A stretch of 64,000 nucleotides of DNA from positions 1,024,438 through 1,088,437 of the forward strand of contig NC_068990.1 of assembly GCF_001194135.2 (NCBI RefSeq), in the 5' to 3' direction. The stretch is from Octopus bimaculoides. Taxonomy: Eukaryota. Under the pieces are notes generated by a model. It did no database searches. It saw only the letters and a program-made list of their open reading frames with translations, and was not told the DNA's origin. A program made the position numbers and the translations under genes. Shown piece after piece: positions 1-11,923 of the stretch (positions are counted from its first letter, which is position 1; every line of letters begins with the position of its first letter).

Positions 1-1
1 T

Positions 2-330
2 ATACGCATTAAGGAACACATGCAGGCAGATACTTCCATGAAGAAACATCTACGGAAATGCCAGATCCAGGAATTCACAGTGCACATCAGGGCAACACAG
101 CGGAATAGGGGCAACTTTAGAATCTCTGAGGCCATCTTCATACACCAAAGGAAACCAAAAATCAATAGAAGAGAGTTACCAGAAACTAGCTGGTTGCTAT
201 AGCAACACCTTTCCACACATGTCCACTCCACACATGCTCACACACTCACACATTGGCAACATGCGTTAATTTCTTGAAAATGGGGTCATAACCCCGAAAT
301 ACTGAATGCAAGGTAAGTCTACATTAATTC
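2..330 (+). mobile_element. Penelope-like retroelement 3' end: GIY-YIG endonuclease C-terminus plus terminal region
   Basis: Frame 2..202 reads IRIKEHMQADTSMKKHLRKCQIQEFTVHIRATQRNRGNFRISEAIFIHQRKPKINRREL*. This fits the R..EH / HL..C / EA.FI....P.IN pattern of PLE GIY-YIG domains. It is followed by CTTGAAAAT-GGGG(TCATAA)CCCC-GAAA at 273-299. Confidence 0.75.
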
Positions 331-400
331 ATATATTTGTTTTCTTGTGATTTGCCCTGCATTTACTTTGCATTGTTCTGGCATTACCCACGATCCTTTA

Positions 401-434
<34 letters not shown>

Positions 435-711
435 NNNNNNNNNNNNNNNNNNNNNNNNNNNNNNNNNNNNNNNNNNNNNNNNNNNNNNNNNNNNNNNNNN
501 NNNNNNNNNNNNNNNNNNNNNNNNNNNNNNNNNNNNNNNNNNNNNNNNNNNNNNNNNNNNNNNNNNNNNNNNNNNNNNNNNNNNNNNNNNNNNNNNNNNN
601 NNNNNNNNNNNNNNNNNNNNNNNNNNNNNNNNNNNNNNNNNNNNNNNNNNNNNNNNNNNNNNNNNNNNNNNNNNNNNNNNNNNNNNNNNNNNNNNNNNNN
701 NNNNNNNNNNN
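435..711. other. Assembly gap (N run) within a (TA)n microsatellite
   Basis: N run flanked by (TA)n on both sides. Confidence 0.99.
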
Positions 712-1044
712 TATATATATATATATATATGGTGACTTTGTATAGTATACAACATGTAAAAGGTAACTTGAGTTTTATGTAGTTGCATGCCAACTGTATT
801 CAGTAAAAATAAAATTTTGGGCTGCCTTGGTAGCCATCACTCAGAAAAACTAATATGGCTACCAGCAAGTTGCAAGTGTGTAAAGCAAAAAATATGAGAA
901 TAAAGTTTTAAATAGGATAGATTGTGTGATGAGGAGTAAAAACTTAGCTACTTTGAAAGACAGATCAGGTTTTGGGGATTGGTTATGTATAATGAATGGA
1001 ATGAAATACAGACACACACCTTTACAAAAATATATATTATTTAA

Positions 1045-1081
<37 letters not shown>

Positions 1082-1817
1082 ATCTCAGAAAAGCTACTGG
1101 TATAAAAGCACTATCAAAGGTGTGAAAGAAGGAAGTGCATGTCTATGGCATAGAATATAAGAAAGTATTACGCATTATGCGTGGGTCTATCTGGAGTGGA
1201 GGTTGCCGCTGGAACTTTCTGCTGGGTTAGAATATATTTATTCACTTGAGGATATCCTCTAAATATTTCATTCCATATGTTCAAGACATGTGCAGTATTT
1301 TCTAATCTGCTTAAATATGTATGCTCCTTCTGTTGTGCAAACGGTTATCCAATGACATCCTGCCTTTTATCTTTCAAGTACATGGCATTTGATGTCAGTA
1401 TTTGCACCCTTAGTTTCCGAATGTTGCTGGCAAGTATTATGGAATACCCCCGCCAATGTTTTCACAGCTTTTTCTTCAGTTATTTAAATTTACCTTCAAT
1501 TATACTTATATAATCTTAAATCTTCTTTTTTTTTGATCATCTAGTTTGAAGCAGTTGAGGTAATTTCAATTTCATATTCAATTTGGCTCATGTTTCATTT
1601 AATGGGAGTGCATCTATCTTCCAATCTTCTGACATGAACAACCTAAGTTGTCATACCTAACAGGAGTATTGATAATGAGTGACTTCATGTTGGGACTACA
1701 TCTGTAGTTAATTTTCATAGAATGCTGGCTGAATATTTTTTCTGAATCTATGATTTACTAGGAAATGCTTATCTTCAAGGGAATAAGAAGTGTTTTATGT
1801 CATTAGTCTACATTTAA

Positions 1818-2033
1818 CCCTTCAGCATTCAAATTACTCTGTCAAATGTAAAGCTTATCTACATTGTTCTGAATTAATCAAGCATTATCTTATGACTTGA
1901 AGATTTTGATGATCTGATTATATATTTTTAGAAAGATATTGTAGTGAAGTTGCAAGAGGTTGGGAATGGCCAGTTTGAACATAAAACAAGCAGAATATTT
2001 TGGCCGGATATGGCCAGTTTAAATGCTAAAGGG
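1818..2033. mobile_element. piggyBac-like non-autonomous MITE (family P1)
   Basis: TTAA at 1814-1817 and 2034-2037. Termini CCCTTCAGCATT...AATGCTAAAGGG form terminal inverted repeats. Related copies occur elsewhere in the window. Confidence 0.75.
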
Positions 2034-2806
2034 TTAAGAATGCTGCAAAATAATACATGTTCTTTAAACAGAGACTGACAATTTGGGGCTTTCTACAGAT
2101 CACTCCACTCTCATCCCAATGAAGTACCACTTGTTCTTAAGTGTCATTCATTTACCATTATCACAATCCATTGAAGTAAAACACATCCTCTGGATATCCT
2201 TTGGCTGACTGTCTTGTGTAGGAAGGAGAGATTTTCTTCTAAACCTCTAGGTTTGACCTCAAGTTGATTTTGCTATAGAATATTATATATATTGAAGACA
2301 TAATGCACCACACTGATAAATAAGATTAGTCCTTTCTTTGTTTGATCAATATTTTCTGTCATTTCCTTTGTCTTTTCTATTATTCCTTCAACATAAGAAA
2401 TGTTCTGCAAGACAGCTTAGACTAAGAAAATTACCTTTGGATTGTCAAACTAATATCAATATCTCCATGTTTATATTTTGTCCATATTTTAAGTTTGAAG
2501 TGAATTTATCATGTATTTTTCTATTTTACTTTGCATTTCTGATCAACTGTTTCAAAAATTACACACACACACACACACATATATATCTATATATATACAT
2601 ATGCACACACACACATATATATGTATGTATGTGTCTGTCTGTCTGTGTGCATGCATGAATGTGTGTCAGGCCAACATTATTGTAAACTATAATTTCTGTA
2701 ATGCAAATGTCTTGGAAAATGAAAATTCAAATACAATGCTTTCTTGTTTATTCATTTATTCCTTTTGTTTCTCATGTCAAACATTTTCAGTGAATTAATT
2801 ACTTAC

Positions 2807-2865
2807 TTGAGATATTCATCAAAGGCCAGTAGAATTCTGATGTCAAAAGTGGTTCAGATAGATTC
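2807..2865 (-). CDS. GRAF/oligophrenin-like RhoGAP, exon (R)NLSEPLLTSEFYWPLMNIS
   Basis: Acceptor catttcattttgcAG and donor A|GTAAGT. 59 nt, phase 2 to 1. It continues ALKTYFR into NLSEPLLT, the canonical RhoGAP LK.Y.R.LPEPL motif. Confidence 0.9.
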
Positions 2866-3029
2866 CTGCAAAATGAAATGTTTGTTGATACAAAGAACAG
2901 CAGAAGATCTCTACTTCAATGTATATATTATAGGAACTACATGGTAAAATACAGAACCATCAGTGTTGGCTGAAGGCACACACTCCCGAGAGTGAGGGCA
3001 AAAAGGAAAATGTTTTAGTTAAGACAAGC

Positions 3030-3475
3030 GAAATTGTAGTCATGGCCGATGCTGGTGTCGTGTAACTGGCACCCATGCTGGTGGCATGCAAAAAGCACTT
3101 TTCAAGCAATGGGCCTCATGGACGCAAAGTGGCCAGTGCCAGTGGCACATGAAAAGCTCCTTTCGAGTGTTGAGCCTCACAGAGGCAATGATGAATGATT
3201 TAGATCTTTGGCATTATATCGTGCTTCAGACAAAAACTCATTCAAGCCAAGTGAAATCGCAGTTGTGGCAGATATCAGTGTCACGCAAATGGCACCTGTG
3301 CTGGTGGCCTGTAAAAAGCACTCATTAGACTCCTGGAGTGGTCGGCATTAGGAAGGACATCCAACTGTAGAAACCATGCCAAATCAAGCTGGAGTCTGGT
3401 GCAGCCTTCCAGCTTACCAGCCCTGGTCAAACCGTCCAACCCATGCCAGCATGGACAATGGACGTTACATGATGA
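3030..3475 (+). mobile_element. RTE-type LINE 3' end / RTE-tail element
   Basis: Shared tail ...GGCATTAGGAAGG.CATCCA.CTGTAG...AACCGTCCAACCCATGCCAGCATGGA..ATGGACGTTA.ATGATGATG. Many copies of this tail occur in the window. Confidence 0.7.
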
Positions 3476-5166
3476 TGGAAATATTATTGTAACCTGAGAT
3501 CCATCAAAGACCTCAATGCGGATCATATTTCCATATTTATTCAATTGTTCATTTTACATTTATTTTTCCATGTTGGGATTGGTTAGATGATTACATGTGT
3601 ATGGGACCCTGTTTTGCAGCTGGATGCCCTCCCTGTTGTTAACTCTTACCTGCAAGGAATTGGCAACAAAGTTTACTGTTTGTAGCTCAGCACTATTATC
3701 ATGTGAGCACATAATGTAGATATTCACACAACCGTACACACATGCAAACTACGAAGCTCACTGTAATGATGTGTGTCGTCTGGGTTAGACAGTTTGATTG
3801 GAGCTGGTAAGCTAGAAGAGCTGCCCCAGGATCCAGTCTGTTTTGTCTTGGTTCCCACAGCTGGATGCCCTTCGTAATGCCAACCACTCAAGAGAGTATA
3901 CTGGGTGGCTTTTACATGTCTGTGGCATGGGTAGCTGTGTATTTCAATTATTACATTAAAATACAGAACTACAGATGGTACCATATAGATGTGGTAGCTG
4001 TGCTTTAGCCCTGAGTCGGTTCTCATTAAGAAACCTATGATCAAATGTATTTAAGCAAAAGCCATCCTATCTTTTCTTCAGAAAAATGTCATTAAACTAT
4101 GGTATTCAATTCATTCTTTTCTTTTTTTAAAAAAGAAGTATTTGAGAGCAATTTGGTGACTATAACGAGCAGGTTAAATAATACATGAATGTGCTGAGCC
4201 ATCACATACAAGCTCCCTCATTATGTAGTTTTATTTAGTACAAAGTCAGTTCTGATGAAGCAGATCTATGATCAGAATTGTTCCAGCTATGACCATCCCT
4301 CCTGTTTTTTGTTCAGGTATAGTCTATCTAAAATTACATTACCCAATGTCTTTTTCCTTTTTTAAGGAGGTAGAGTGAAATCTGAAAGTGATTTAGTTGC
4401 TATTTCTAGGAAAAGATACACTTTTGGTCATAGATTTACTTGACCAAGGATGGCTTACAGCAAAACAACTAATAAGAAAATTTCCACTCAGTTACTCAAT
4501 CTGCCAGAAACAGCAGATTTTTAGCCCTCAAGTCAAACCATATTGTCTTAAAAATGAAATAGACACATTAGATAATGCTGTTCTTGATAAAATGAGTATA
4601 GCAGAGACATGCTTGAATAAGGGTGACCTCTGACTAAACAACAATCACAGCCAACTTGTCAGGAATTTTTACTGAAAACCCAAAGAATTTTGTAAATTCA
4701 CAGGTAACTAAAATTTTTGTTATATGCCATCATGGCAGACCTGAAGTGTAAACATTCATAGATCATTACTATCTCGTCAAATCTTGCAGGATTTCATATG
4801 AAATTCTTGGTCCACCAATGTTGTCTTGGGCTGTAAATTTTAGTTTGAAAAACTTGCTTTATATGCCAGAAAATGGTAGGTTATTTAAATCATTTCAGCA
4901 AATATAGGAGATAATTTAGACATGTTCCAGTATTATTTGACATCATCATCTAAATACTGACTCCACCATATTTGCTGTTGTAATGGTAATTAAATCACAA
5001 GCCAAATGCACAACATTGTATAAATGAGTAAGTGTGGAACATTCGCAGATTTTGAAGAAGAAATCCCAGAAGGAAATTTCTTCAGAAACCATCTGAACAT
5101 CTGTTATCTTTCTCAGTAATTATCTAATTACCTGAGTAATGGTTGGAGTTTGAAACTTTTATTCAC

Positions 5167-5239
5167 CTGAAATATGTCTTCAATGCTACTGCTATGCTGT
5201 ATGCTGTAATATCGTCAGGAATTTTGGCACAATCATCAC
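5167..5239 (-). CDS. GRAF/oligophrenin-like RhoGAP, exon (R)DDCAKIPDDITAYSIAVALKTYF(R)
   Basis: Acceptor ttgctttattttAG and donor TTCAG|GTGAAT. 73 nt, phase 1 to 2. ALKTYFR matches the GRAF-type ALKTYLR. Confidence 0.9.
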
Positions 5240-5269
5240 CTAAAATAAAGCAATTGGAAAATAAAATTG

Positions 5270-5349
<80 letters not shown>

Positions 5350-5642
5350 ACACATATATATCGCAGATGTGTGATTGGGTATATATGAATTTATATGTGT
5401 GTATTTATGTGTATCGTCGTCATTTAATGTTATGGGTCAGATGGAATACTTTTTGAGGAGGCAAATTTTCAATATCCTTCCTGCTACCATCCCTGATTTC
5501 ATCACTTGTTTCCAAGCAAAGGTAATGTTCCTCCATGACCAGAAATGTTTATCGCAGAAGAGTGGAAACGAACAGTATTGCATGTGTGAAGGTGATGCTC
5601 GTTTACAACTATCGCATGATGATGGGATAGGGGTACACACAA

Positions 5643-5687
<45 letters not shown>

Positions 5688-5871
5688 CAGGGTTCATTTC
5701 AGTTTCTGTCTGCCACATTAATCACAAGGACACATCACCCAAGGTGCTGTGCAGTGGGACTTTGAACTGAGAATGGGATTTGAACTTAGAAAGTGGAGAG
5801 CTGTAATATCACAAGACAGTTTTCCTCATGCTGCACTGATAATGATAATAATTATTATCATTAATAGTAAA

Positions 5872-6204
5872 GGCACATGGCTCAGTGGTTAGAGCGTCGA
5901 CCTTGCGATCGTGAGGTTGTGAATTTGAATCCCGGACTGGGCTGCGTGTTGTGTTCTTGAGCAAGACACTTTATTTCACATTGCTCCAGTTCACTCAGCT
6001 GTAAAAATGAGTTGCGACGTCACAGGTGCCAAGCTGTATCAGCCCCTTTGCCTTTCCCTTGGATAACACTGGTGGTGTGGAGAGGGGAGGCCAGTATGCA
6101 TGGGCGACTGCTGGTCTTCCATAAACAACCTTGCCTGGACTTGTGCCTGGGAGGGTAACTTTCTAGGTTCAATCCCAGGGTCAGTCATGACCGAAGGGGG
6201 TCTC
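5872..6204 (+). mobile_element. tRNA-headed SINE, family C (near full length)
   Basis: A-box-like TGGCTCAGTGG (5878-5888) and B-box-like GAATTTGAATCCC. Related copies lie near 12486, 38100, 42950, 50120 and 54590. Confidence 0.75.
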
Positions 6205-6229
6205 AGCATATCATTAATAGTAGTCATCA

Positions 6230-6548
6230 TCCTGTGCCAGTGCCATGTAAAAAGGATCTGTGCTGGTGCCACCCATGCCAGTACCATGTACAAAGACCCT
6301 GTTCTGGTACCATGGAAAAAGCAACTGTGCCAGTGCCATATAAGAAGCATCTGCACTGGTGCCATGTGCCATGTAAAAAGCACTCAGTATGCTTGGTAAA
6401 GTGGTTGGCATTAGGAAGGACATTCAGTTGCAGAAATCAGGCTAAAACAGACAGTTGGGGCCTGGGCAGCTCTTTGGCTGGCCAATTCCTGTCAAACTGA
6501 CCAACGCATGACAATATGGAAAATGGATGTCAAAAGATGATGATGATT
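6230..6548 (+). mobile_element. RTE-tail element with an internal ~26-bp tandem module
   Basis: Repeated TGC(C/T)(A/G)GT(G/A)CCAT(G/A)TA..AAG(C/G)A units followed by the RTE-type tail and (GAT)n. Confidence 0.65.
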
Positions 6549-6945
6549 AAGGCAGTAAGCTGGCAGACATCTGCTGCTACGTTCTGAGTTCAAATTTCAC
6601 CGAGGTCGACTTTGCCTTTCATCCTTTCGGAGTTGATTAAATAAGTACCAGTTATGCACTGGGGTCAATATAATTGACTTAATCCATTTGTCTGTCCTTG
6701 TTTGTCCCCCTTGTGGGCAGTAAAGAAATAAGAATTGTTAGGCTCTGCAGTGTTCTGTTTTTACATTCTGAATTCAAATTCTGAGGTTAAACGCCTTTCA
6801 TTCATCTGGATTGATGAAATAGGCAGCAGCTGAGCACAAGTTGATATAATCGACTAAGCCTCTGCCCCCAAAATTTCAGGCCTTGTTTACGATTATTATA
6901 AGTAGTAATATCCAAAATTGCTGGCCTAGTGCAAAATGTGAAACC

Positions 6946-6981
<36 letters not shown>

Positions 6982-8028
6982 GCTTCAAATTTTTCCGCAA
7001 GAGCAGCCATTTTGGGGGAGGGGATGAGTTGATTATATTAACCCTAGTATTTCACTGGTACTTAATTTAAAGATCGAAAAGGATGAAAAGCAAAGTCGAC
7101 CATGGCAGAATTTTAACTCAGAACATAGTGGCAGAAAAAATACCACTAAGTATTTTACCCGGTGAGCTAAAGGTGCTTTTGGGAACAAAAAGGAATTTTT
7201 TCCAACACTGATGATTCAGTCAATTTTAACAGCAACAACAACAACAACAACAATATTAGTCCTTTCTGCTATATGCACAAGACTAACAATTTCAGGAGAG
7301 GGGTAAGTTGATTACATTGACCCTAGTGCTCAACTGGTACTTATTTTATCGACTCTGAAAGGATAGAAGATAAAGTTGACTTCAGCAGAATTTAAACTTA
7401 GAATGTAAAGACAAACAAAATGCTGCTAAGTGTTTTGTCTGGCATGCTAATGATTCTGGCAGCTAGCCGCCTTAATAATAATAATAATACTTGATACTTT
7501 GTTTCCTTCTGGTTACATTTATGTATATATTATCTCATGCTGCCATTCAAAAGTTACTAATTCCTTGCAGTGTTAACAGGATTGTAACACCAATAAGAAC
7601 CATGGAAATCTTTAATTTCACAGCTTTATCTTGAATTTTATCCAATTTTCAACAGACATTTCGGCACCCGGAACATATGCAAAAAGTTATATCAGACCAA
7701 TTTCTGGTTTGTTTTTTGCCTTTAGCAAAAAATAATGAACGAAAATTGGTAAATAAATTAAATTTTTGTGTCTATTAAAACAACGGAATAGTAAAATTAT
7801 TATCATTATTAAGATAGAGAGTGAGCAGAATTGTTAGCACGCCAGATAGTAATGCCTCTAAGCATTTTGTTCATCTTTACATTCAGAGTTCAAATTCCAT
7901 TGAAATTGACTTTGTCTCTCAGTCTTTCAGAGTCAGTGAAATAAACACCAATTGAGAACTGGGGTTGATGTAATTGACTAGATCCCTCCACCAAATTTTA
8001 GGCCTTGTGCCTATAGCAAAAAGGATCA

Positions 8029-8059
<31 letters not shown>

Positions 8060-9130
8060 GCGATGAACTGGTAGAATTATTAACAAGCAGGGCAAAATGC
8101 TGAGCAGCATTTCACCCACTTTTATGTTCTGAGTTCAAATGCTGTCGAAGACAATTTTTCTTTTCATCTTTTAGGGCTCAATGAAATAAGTAGCAGTTGA
8201 GTACTAGAGTCAATGTAATCGACTTGTCCTTTCCTCCAAACTTGCTGGCCTTGCGCCAAAATTTGAAACCATTATCATTATTATTATTAGGGCAGTGAGC
8301 TGGCAGAATCGTTAGCATGCTGGAAAAAAAAATTGCTTAGTGGCATTTCACCTGTTGCTATGTTCTGAGTTCAAATTCCACCGGGGTCAACTTTACTTTT
8401 CATCCTTTCGGGGTCTATGAATTAAGTACCAGTGAAACATTGGGGTTGATGTAATTGACTAGTCCTCTCCCCTGAACTTTCAGGTCTTGTGCCTATTGTA
8501 GGAAGGATTATTATCATTATTATTATTAAGGTAGCGAGCTGGCAGAGTCGTTAGTGTGCTGGATGAAATACTTAGCAGTATTTCACCTGTCACTACGTTC
8601 TGAGTTCTAATTCTGCTGAGGTTGACTTTGCCTTTCATCCTTTCAGGGCTGAACCCAAAACCACAGAGTTAAAGAGTAAACTTCTTAACGATACAGCCAT
8701 GCCTGTGCCTTCAAAATCTTGAAGTCCAATAAAAGGAAAACATTAGTTAATTACAAGACTAAAGGAAAGAATCATTAGCATGTTTGATAGAAAAATCCTT
8801 GCAGTATTTATTTTGGTTGTCAGTGCTCTGAGTTCAAATCTCAGCAAGGCCAACTTTGCTAGCCATCTTTCCACGTATTTATTCTTTGCATTCTGAGTTT
8901 AAATTCTATATAGTAAATGTCAAAAGTCAGAGATGGTCCCTTGAACACAAGAACAATCTATGGCTGGGGTGATTTAAGCAGTAAACTGGCAGAATTCTTA
9001 GGGCATAGGGCAAAAATGCCTGGGAGCATTTGTCCTGGCTCTCTATTCTCCGTGTTCAAATCCCACTGAGGTCAACTCTGCCTTTCATCCTTTTGGGGTT
9101 GATAAAATATAGCAGCAATCTAGGGAAATA
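6549..9130. mobile_element. Cluster of about 10 short tRNA-headed SINEs (family B) in both orientations, separated by (TAA/ATT)n
   Basis: Recurrent GAGCTGGCAGAATCGTTAGC...TTCTGAGTTCAAATTC...GTCGACTTTGCCTTTCATCCTTTCGGGG. Forward copies at ~6549-6946 and ~7810-9130; reverse copies at ~6980-7475. Confidence 0.8.
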
Positions 9131-9436
9131 AATTGGCAAATTGTTGGAATATCAGACAAGACCTCTTGTAGGATTTATTCTGGCTCTTTGAAATGCAAGT
9201 TCTTGAATGTTGTAGTTAATTCATCCCCCAATTTAACAACATCACCATGGGGAGTGGTGTTTAAACAGGTATTTTTAGCAGAGTTCACTTTGAGTTCACT
9301 TGAATGTTAGACATTCAAGCCAGATATTCTGTTTAAGGATAATTACTTCCTCTCTTCTCACCAGTCTTGAAGGTCCTGCATAAAATAAAGGATCATTTAT
9401 GCTGACCTTCCTTCCATGATTAAAAGTCATACATAC

Positions 9437-9511
9437 GTGAAAATATGTTCATGATTTCATTGATTTCCGATTGTACACCACATATTCTGTAGATTCCTAT
9501 GCAGGTTATAC
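9437..9511 (-). CDS. GRAF/oligophrenin-like RhoGAP, arginine-finger exon (G)ITCIGIYRICGVQSEINEIMNIFS
   Basis: Long pyrimidine tract ending tcttctatcttgtAG and donor C|GTATGT. 75 nt, phase 1 to 1. GIYR..G is the catalytic RhoGAP motif. Confidence 0.92.
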
Positions 9512-10261
9512 CTACAAGATAGAAGAAACATTAAAGAAGAACATCAAAATTATGAGGAATTTAGAGAAGTTGCTGCTCTATATAAGCGTGACAGACTAAC
9601 ATCATCTCTGCAGATGCCTCTTGACTAAGCCAAGTGGCAGAAGCCTTGTAAGAAAGCATAACCCATTCGAGAGATAATACAAAACATTTTGTGGTGTGCT
9701 GCTGTATATATATTGTCAGCCAATTTACTTTACATTTTAATGAATTCTGTGATTTCCTAATTAACTGATTCTAGAATGTAATTATAAGGAATTAATCCTG
9801 TTGATAATCGTACATTAATGAAGATGGAATTCATTTTTACATGATACAAAAAGAATAAAGAATGTTCATATATAAAATAGTGTTAACAAAATGAAATACC
9901 CAAACCTCAGCAGTCGTATGAAGGTTGGGTATGGAAGTGGTAGAACCATTAGAGCACAGAACACCAAACAATATTTGTTCCAGCAATTTATGTCCTTAGT
10001 TCAAATCCCACTGAGCTCTGTTTTTTTCTTTCATCCTTCTGGAGTTGATAAAAGAAGGTTCCAGTCAAGAGTTATGGTAAATTTAATCAATTGCTGATTC
10101 ATGTCCAACATGCTGTGGGCTTACATGGTATACTCAAGCCCAAATTATCCCCCACCCCCAAAGTGGGCTTCTAATGATCAGTGAATTGACACATCAGTTG
10201 GACTGCTGTATAGGCACACCAATAACTTCAATCCCTAATGTCTTACTCTCTCCCTCTCTCC

Positions 10262-10293
<32 letters not shown>

Positions 10294-10586
10294 TATATGT
10301 ATCATGTTTATTCACACACATTCAATCTCTCTTTACATGTGGACTACACTACGCTGGGATAACACACACACACAAAAAAATGGAGAATTGACATACAAAA
10401 GTATACATCATCATCATCATCACCATTAATGCTTTAATGTCTATTTCCCATGCTTGAATGTGTCATTTGTTTCCAATCTTCTGTGAAAACATCTCCAATC
10501 ATACATACATATATATCTATACACACACGCATATATACCCACCTCTTAGATTTGAATCTTCAAAATTTAAAACATAGCTAACATAC

Positions 10587-10643
10587 CTTTGTGTTCAATA
10601 AATTTTATCAACCTCTTCACATAACGAAGACCATCATCACTCA
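10587..10643 (-). CDS. GRAF/oligophrenin-like RhoGAP, exon (L)SDDGLRYVKRLIKFIEHK(G)
   Basis: Acceptor tttcattatttcAG and donor AAAG|GTATGT. 57 nt, phase 1 to 1. It resembles the GRAF-family first GAP helix (L...GF..V.KCI..IE..G). Confidence 0.88.
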
Positions 10644-11324
10644 CTGAAATAATGAAATAGTTATAACAATAATTAAAAAGCAGAGATCAGTTAACAGCAA
10701 CAACAAAAGTTCATTGAACTCATTTGAATAAGTTCCTCATTTGAATACAATATTCTTTTGAATGGAATGGATAGAGTCAAAAATTTGTCAGCTTCAGCAT
10801 TTGAAAGATATATCAGAGAATTCTAAACAAATCTAGTTTTGTAGAATAATGAGAGAATAATGAGCTTAGGATAAGGTGGAAACGAGTTAGATATACATTT
10901 CATTTCCTTTACTACTTACTTGTTTCAGTCAATGGATAATGGCCATGCTGGGGGCACCACCTTAAAAGGTTTAGTCAAACAGATTGACCCCAGTACTTAT
11001 TTTTGAACTCTTATACTTATTCTATCAGTCTCTTGCTAAATTGCTAGGTTACAGGGATGTAAATAAACCAAAAATGGTTATCAAGCAGTATGTGTGTGTG
11101 GACAAACCCTCACACACATCAAATCAGACTAAACAAATTTTTGTCATTATTTATTCATCATTACATGTTTTATTTGCTTATAAGGGTAATGGTATAGTGT
11201 GTGTCTGTATTGTTAGCAAGGCACTAATGGTCAAACGTACTCAACAGTGTACAACGTATGTGAAGTGCAAATCAAGTACTCAATAATTATTACACCATAC
11301 AAAGAAAAAATGTACTACTCTTAC

Positions 11325-11352
11325 AAAACTCTCTTCTGTGAGAAACATTTGT
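11325..11352 (-). CDS. Probable 28-nt micro-exon TNVSHRREF of the RhoGAP gene
   Basis: Acceptor ctgcctttttacAG and donor TTT|GTAAGA. Phase 0 to 1, joining in frame (T|TG = Leu) to the next exon. As I recall them, GRAF genes have a short linker exon at this position. Confidence 0.6.
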
Positions 11353-11437
11353 CTGTAAAAAGGCAGTCCATCAAACATTGTTGACAAGCTAATATTCCCT
11401 ATGTTCAGTGAACATGTAGCAGTTGGTCACTTGGGAT

Positions 11438-11888
11438 NNNNNNNNNNNNNNNNNNNNNNNNNNNNNNNNNNNNNNNNNNNNNNNNNNNNNNNNNNNNNNN
11501 NNNNNNNNNNNNNNNNNNNNNNNNNNNNNNNNNNNNNNNNNNNNNNNNNNNNNNNNNNNNNNNNNNNNNNNNNNNNNNNNNNNNNNNNNNNNNNNNNNNN
11601 NNNNNNNNNNNNNNNNNNNNNNNNNNNNNNNNNNNNNNNNNNNNNNNNNNNNNNNNNNNNNNNNNNNNNNNNNNNNNNNNNNNNNNNNNNNNNNNNNNNN
11701 NNNNNNNNNNNNNNNNNNNNNNNNNNNNNNNNNNNNNNNNNNNNNNNNNNNNNNNNNNNNNNNNNNNNNNNNNNNNNNNNNNNNNNNNNNNNNNNNNNNN
11801 NNNNNNNNNNNNNNNNNNNNNNNNNNNNNNNNNNNNNNNNNNNNNNNNNNNNNNNNNNNNNNNNNNNNNNNNNNNNNNNNNNNNNNNN
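11438..11888. other. Assembly gap
   Basis: N run followed by (TA)n. Confidence 0.99.
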
Positions 11889-11919
<31 letters not shown>

Positions 11920-11923
11920 CACA

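Noticed and set aside
337-793. Long ORFs in the track spanning N runs and microsatellites (also 11389-11970, 14475-15011, 18146-18556, 46404-46646, 54266-54473)
   Set aside because: These are artefacts of gaps and of dinucleotide repeats that lack stop codons.
1100-1480. Minus-strand frame ...WNEIFRGYPQVNKYILTQQKVPAATSTPDR, faintly like a hAT dimerisation domain
   Set aside because: The similarity is too weak, stops are present, and no TIRs were found.
4252-4300. CTGATGA as a possible hammerhead core (also 45313 and 34927)
   Set aside because: There is no correctly placed GAAA or set of stems.
5872-5945. tRNA gene candidates at SINE heads (also 52709 and 54590)
   Set aside because: A and B boxes are present but there is no complete cloverleaf, and each continues into a repeated SINE body.
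9505-9628. Plus-strand exon-like frame LYLQDRRNIKEEHQNYEEFREVAALYKRDRLTSSLQMPLD*
   Set aside because: It is mostly the antisense of the polypyrimidine tract and intron flanking the real RhoGAP exon 9511-9437, and no family was recognised.
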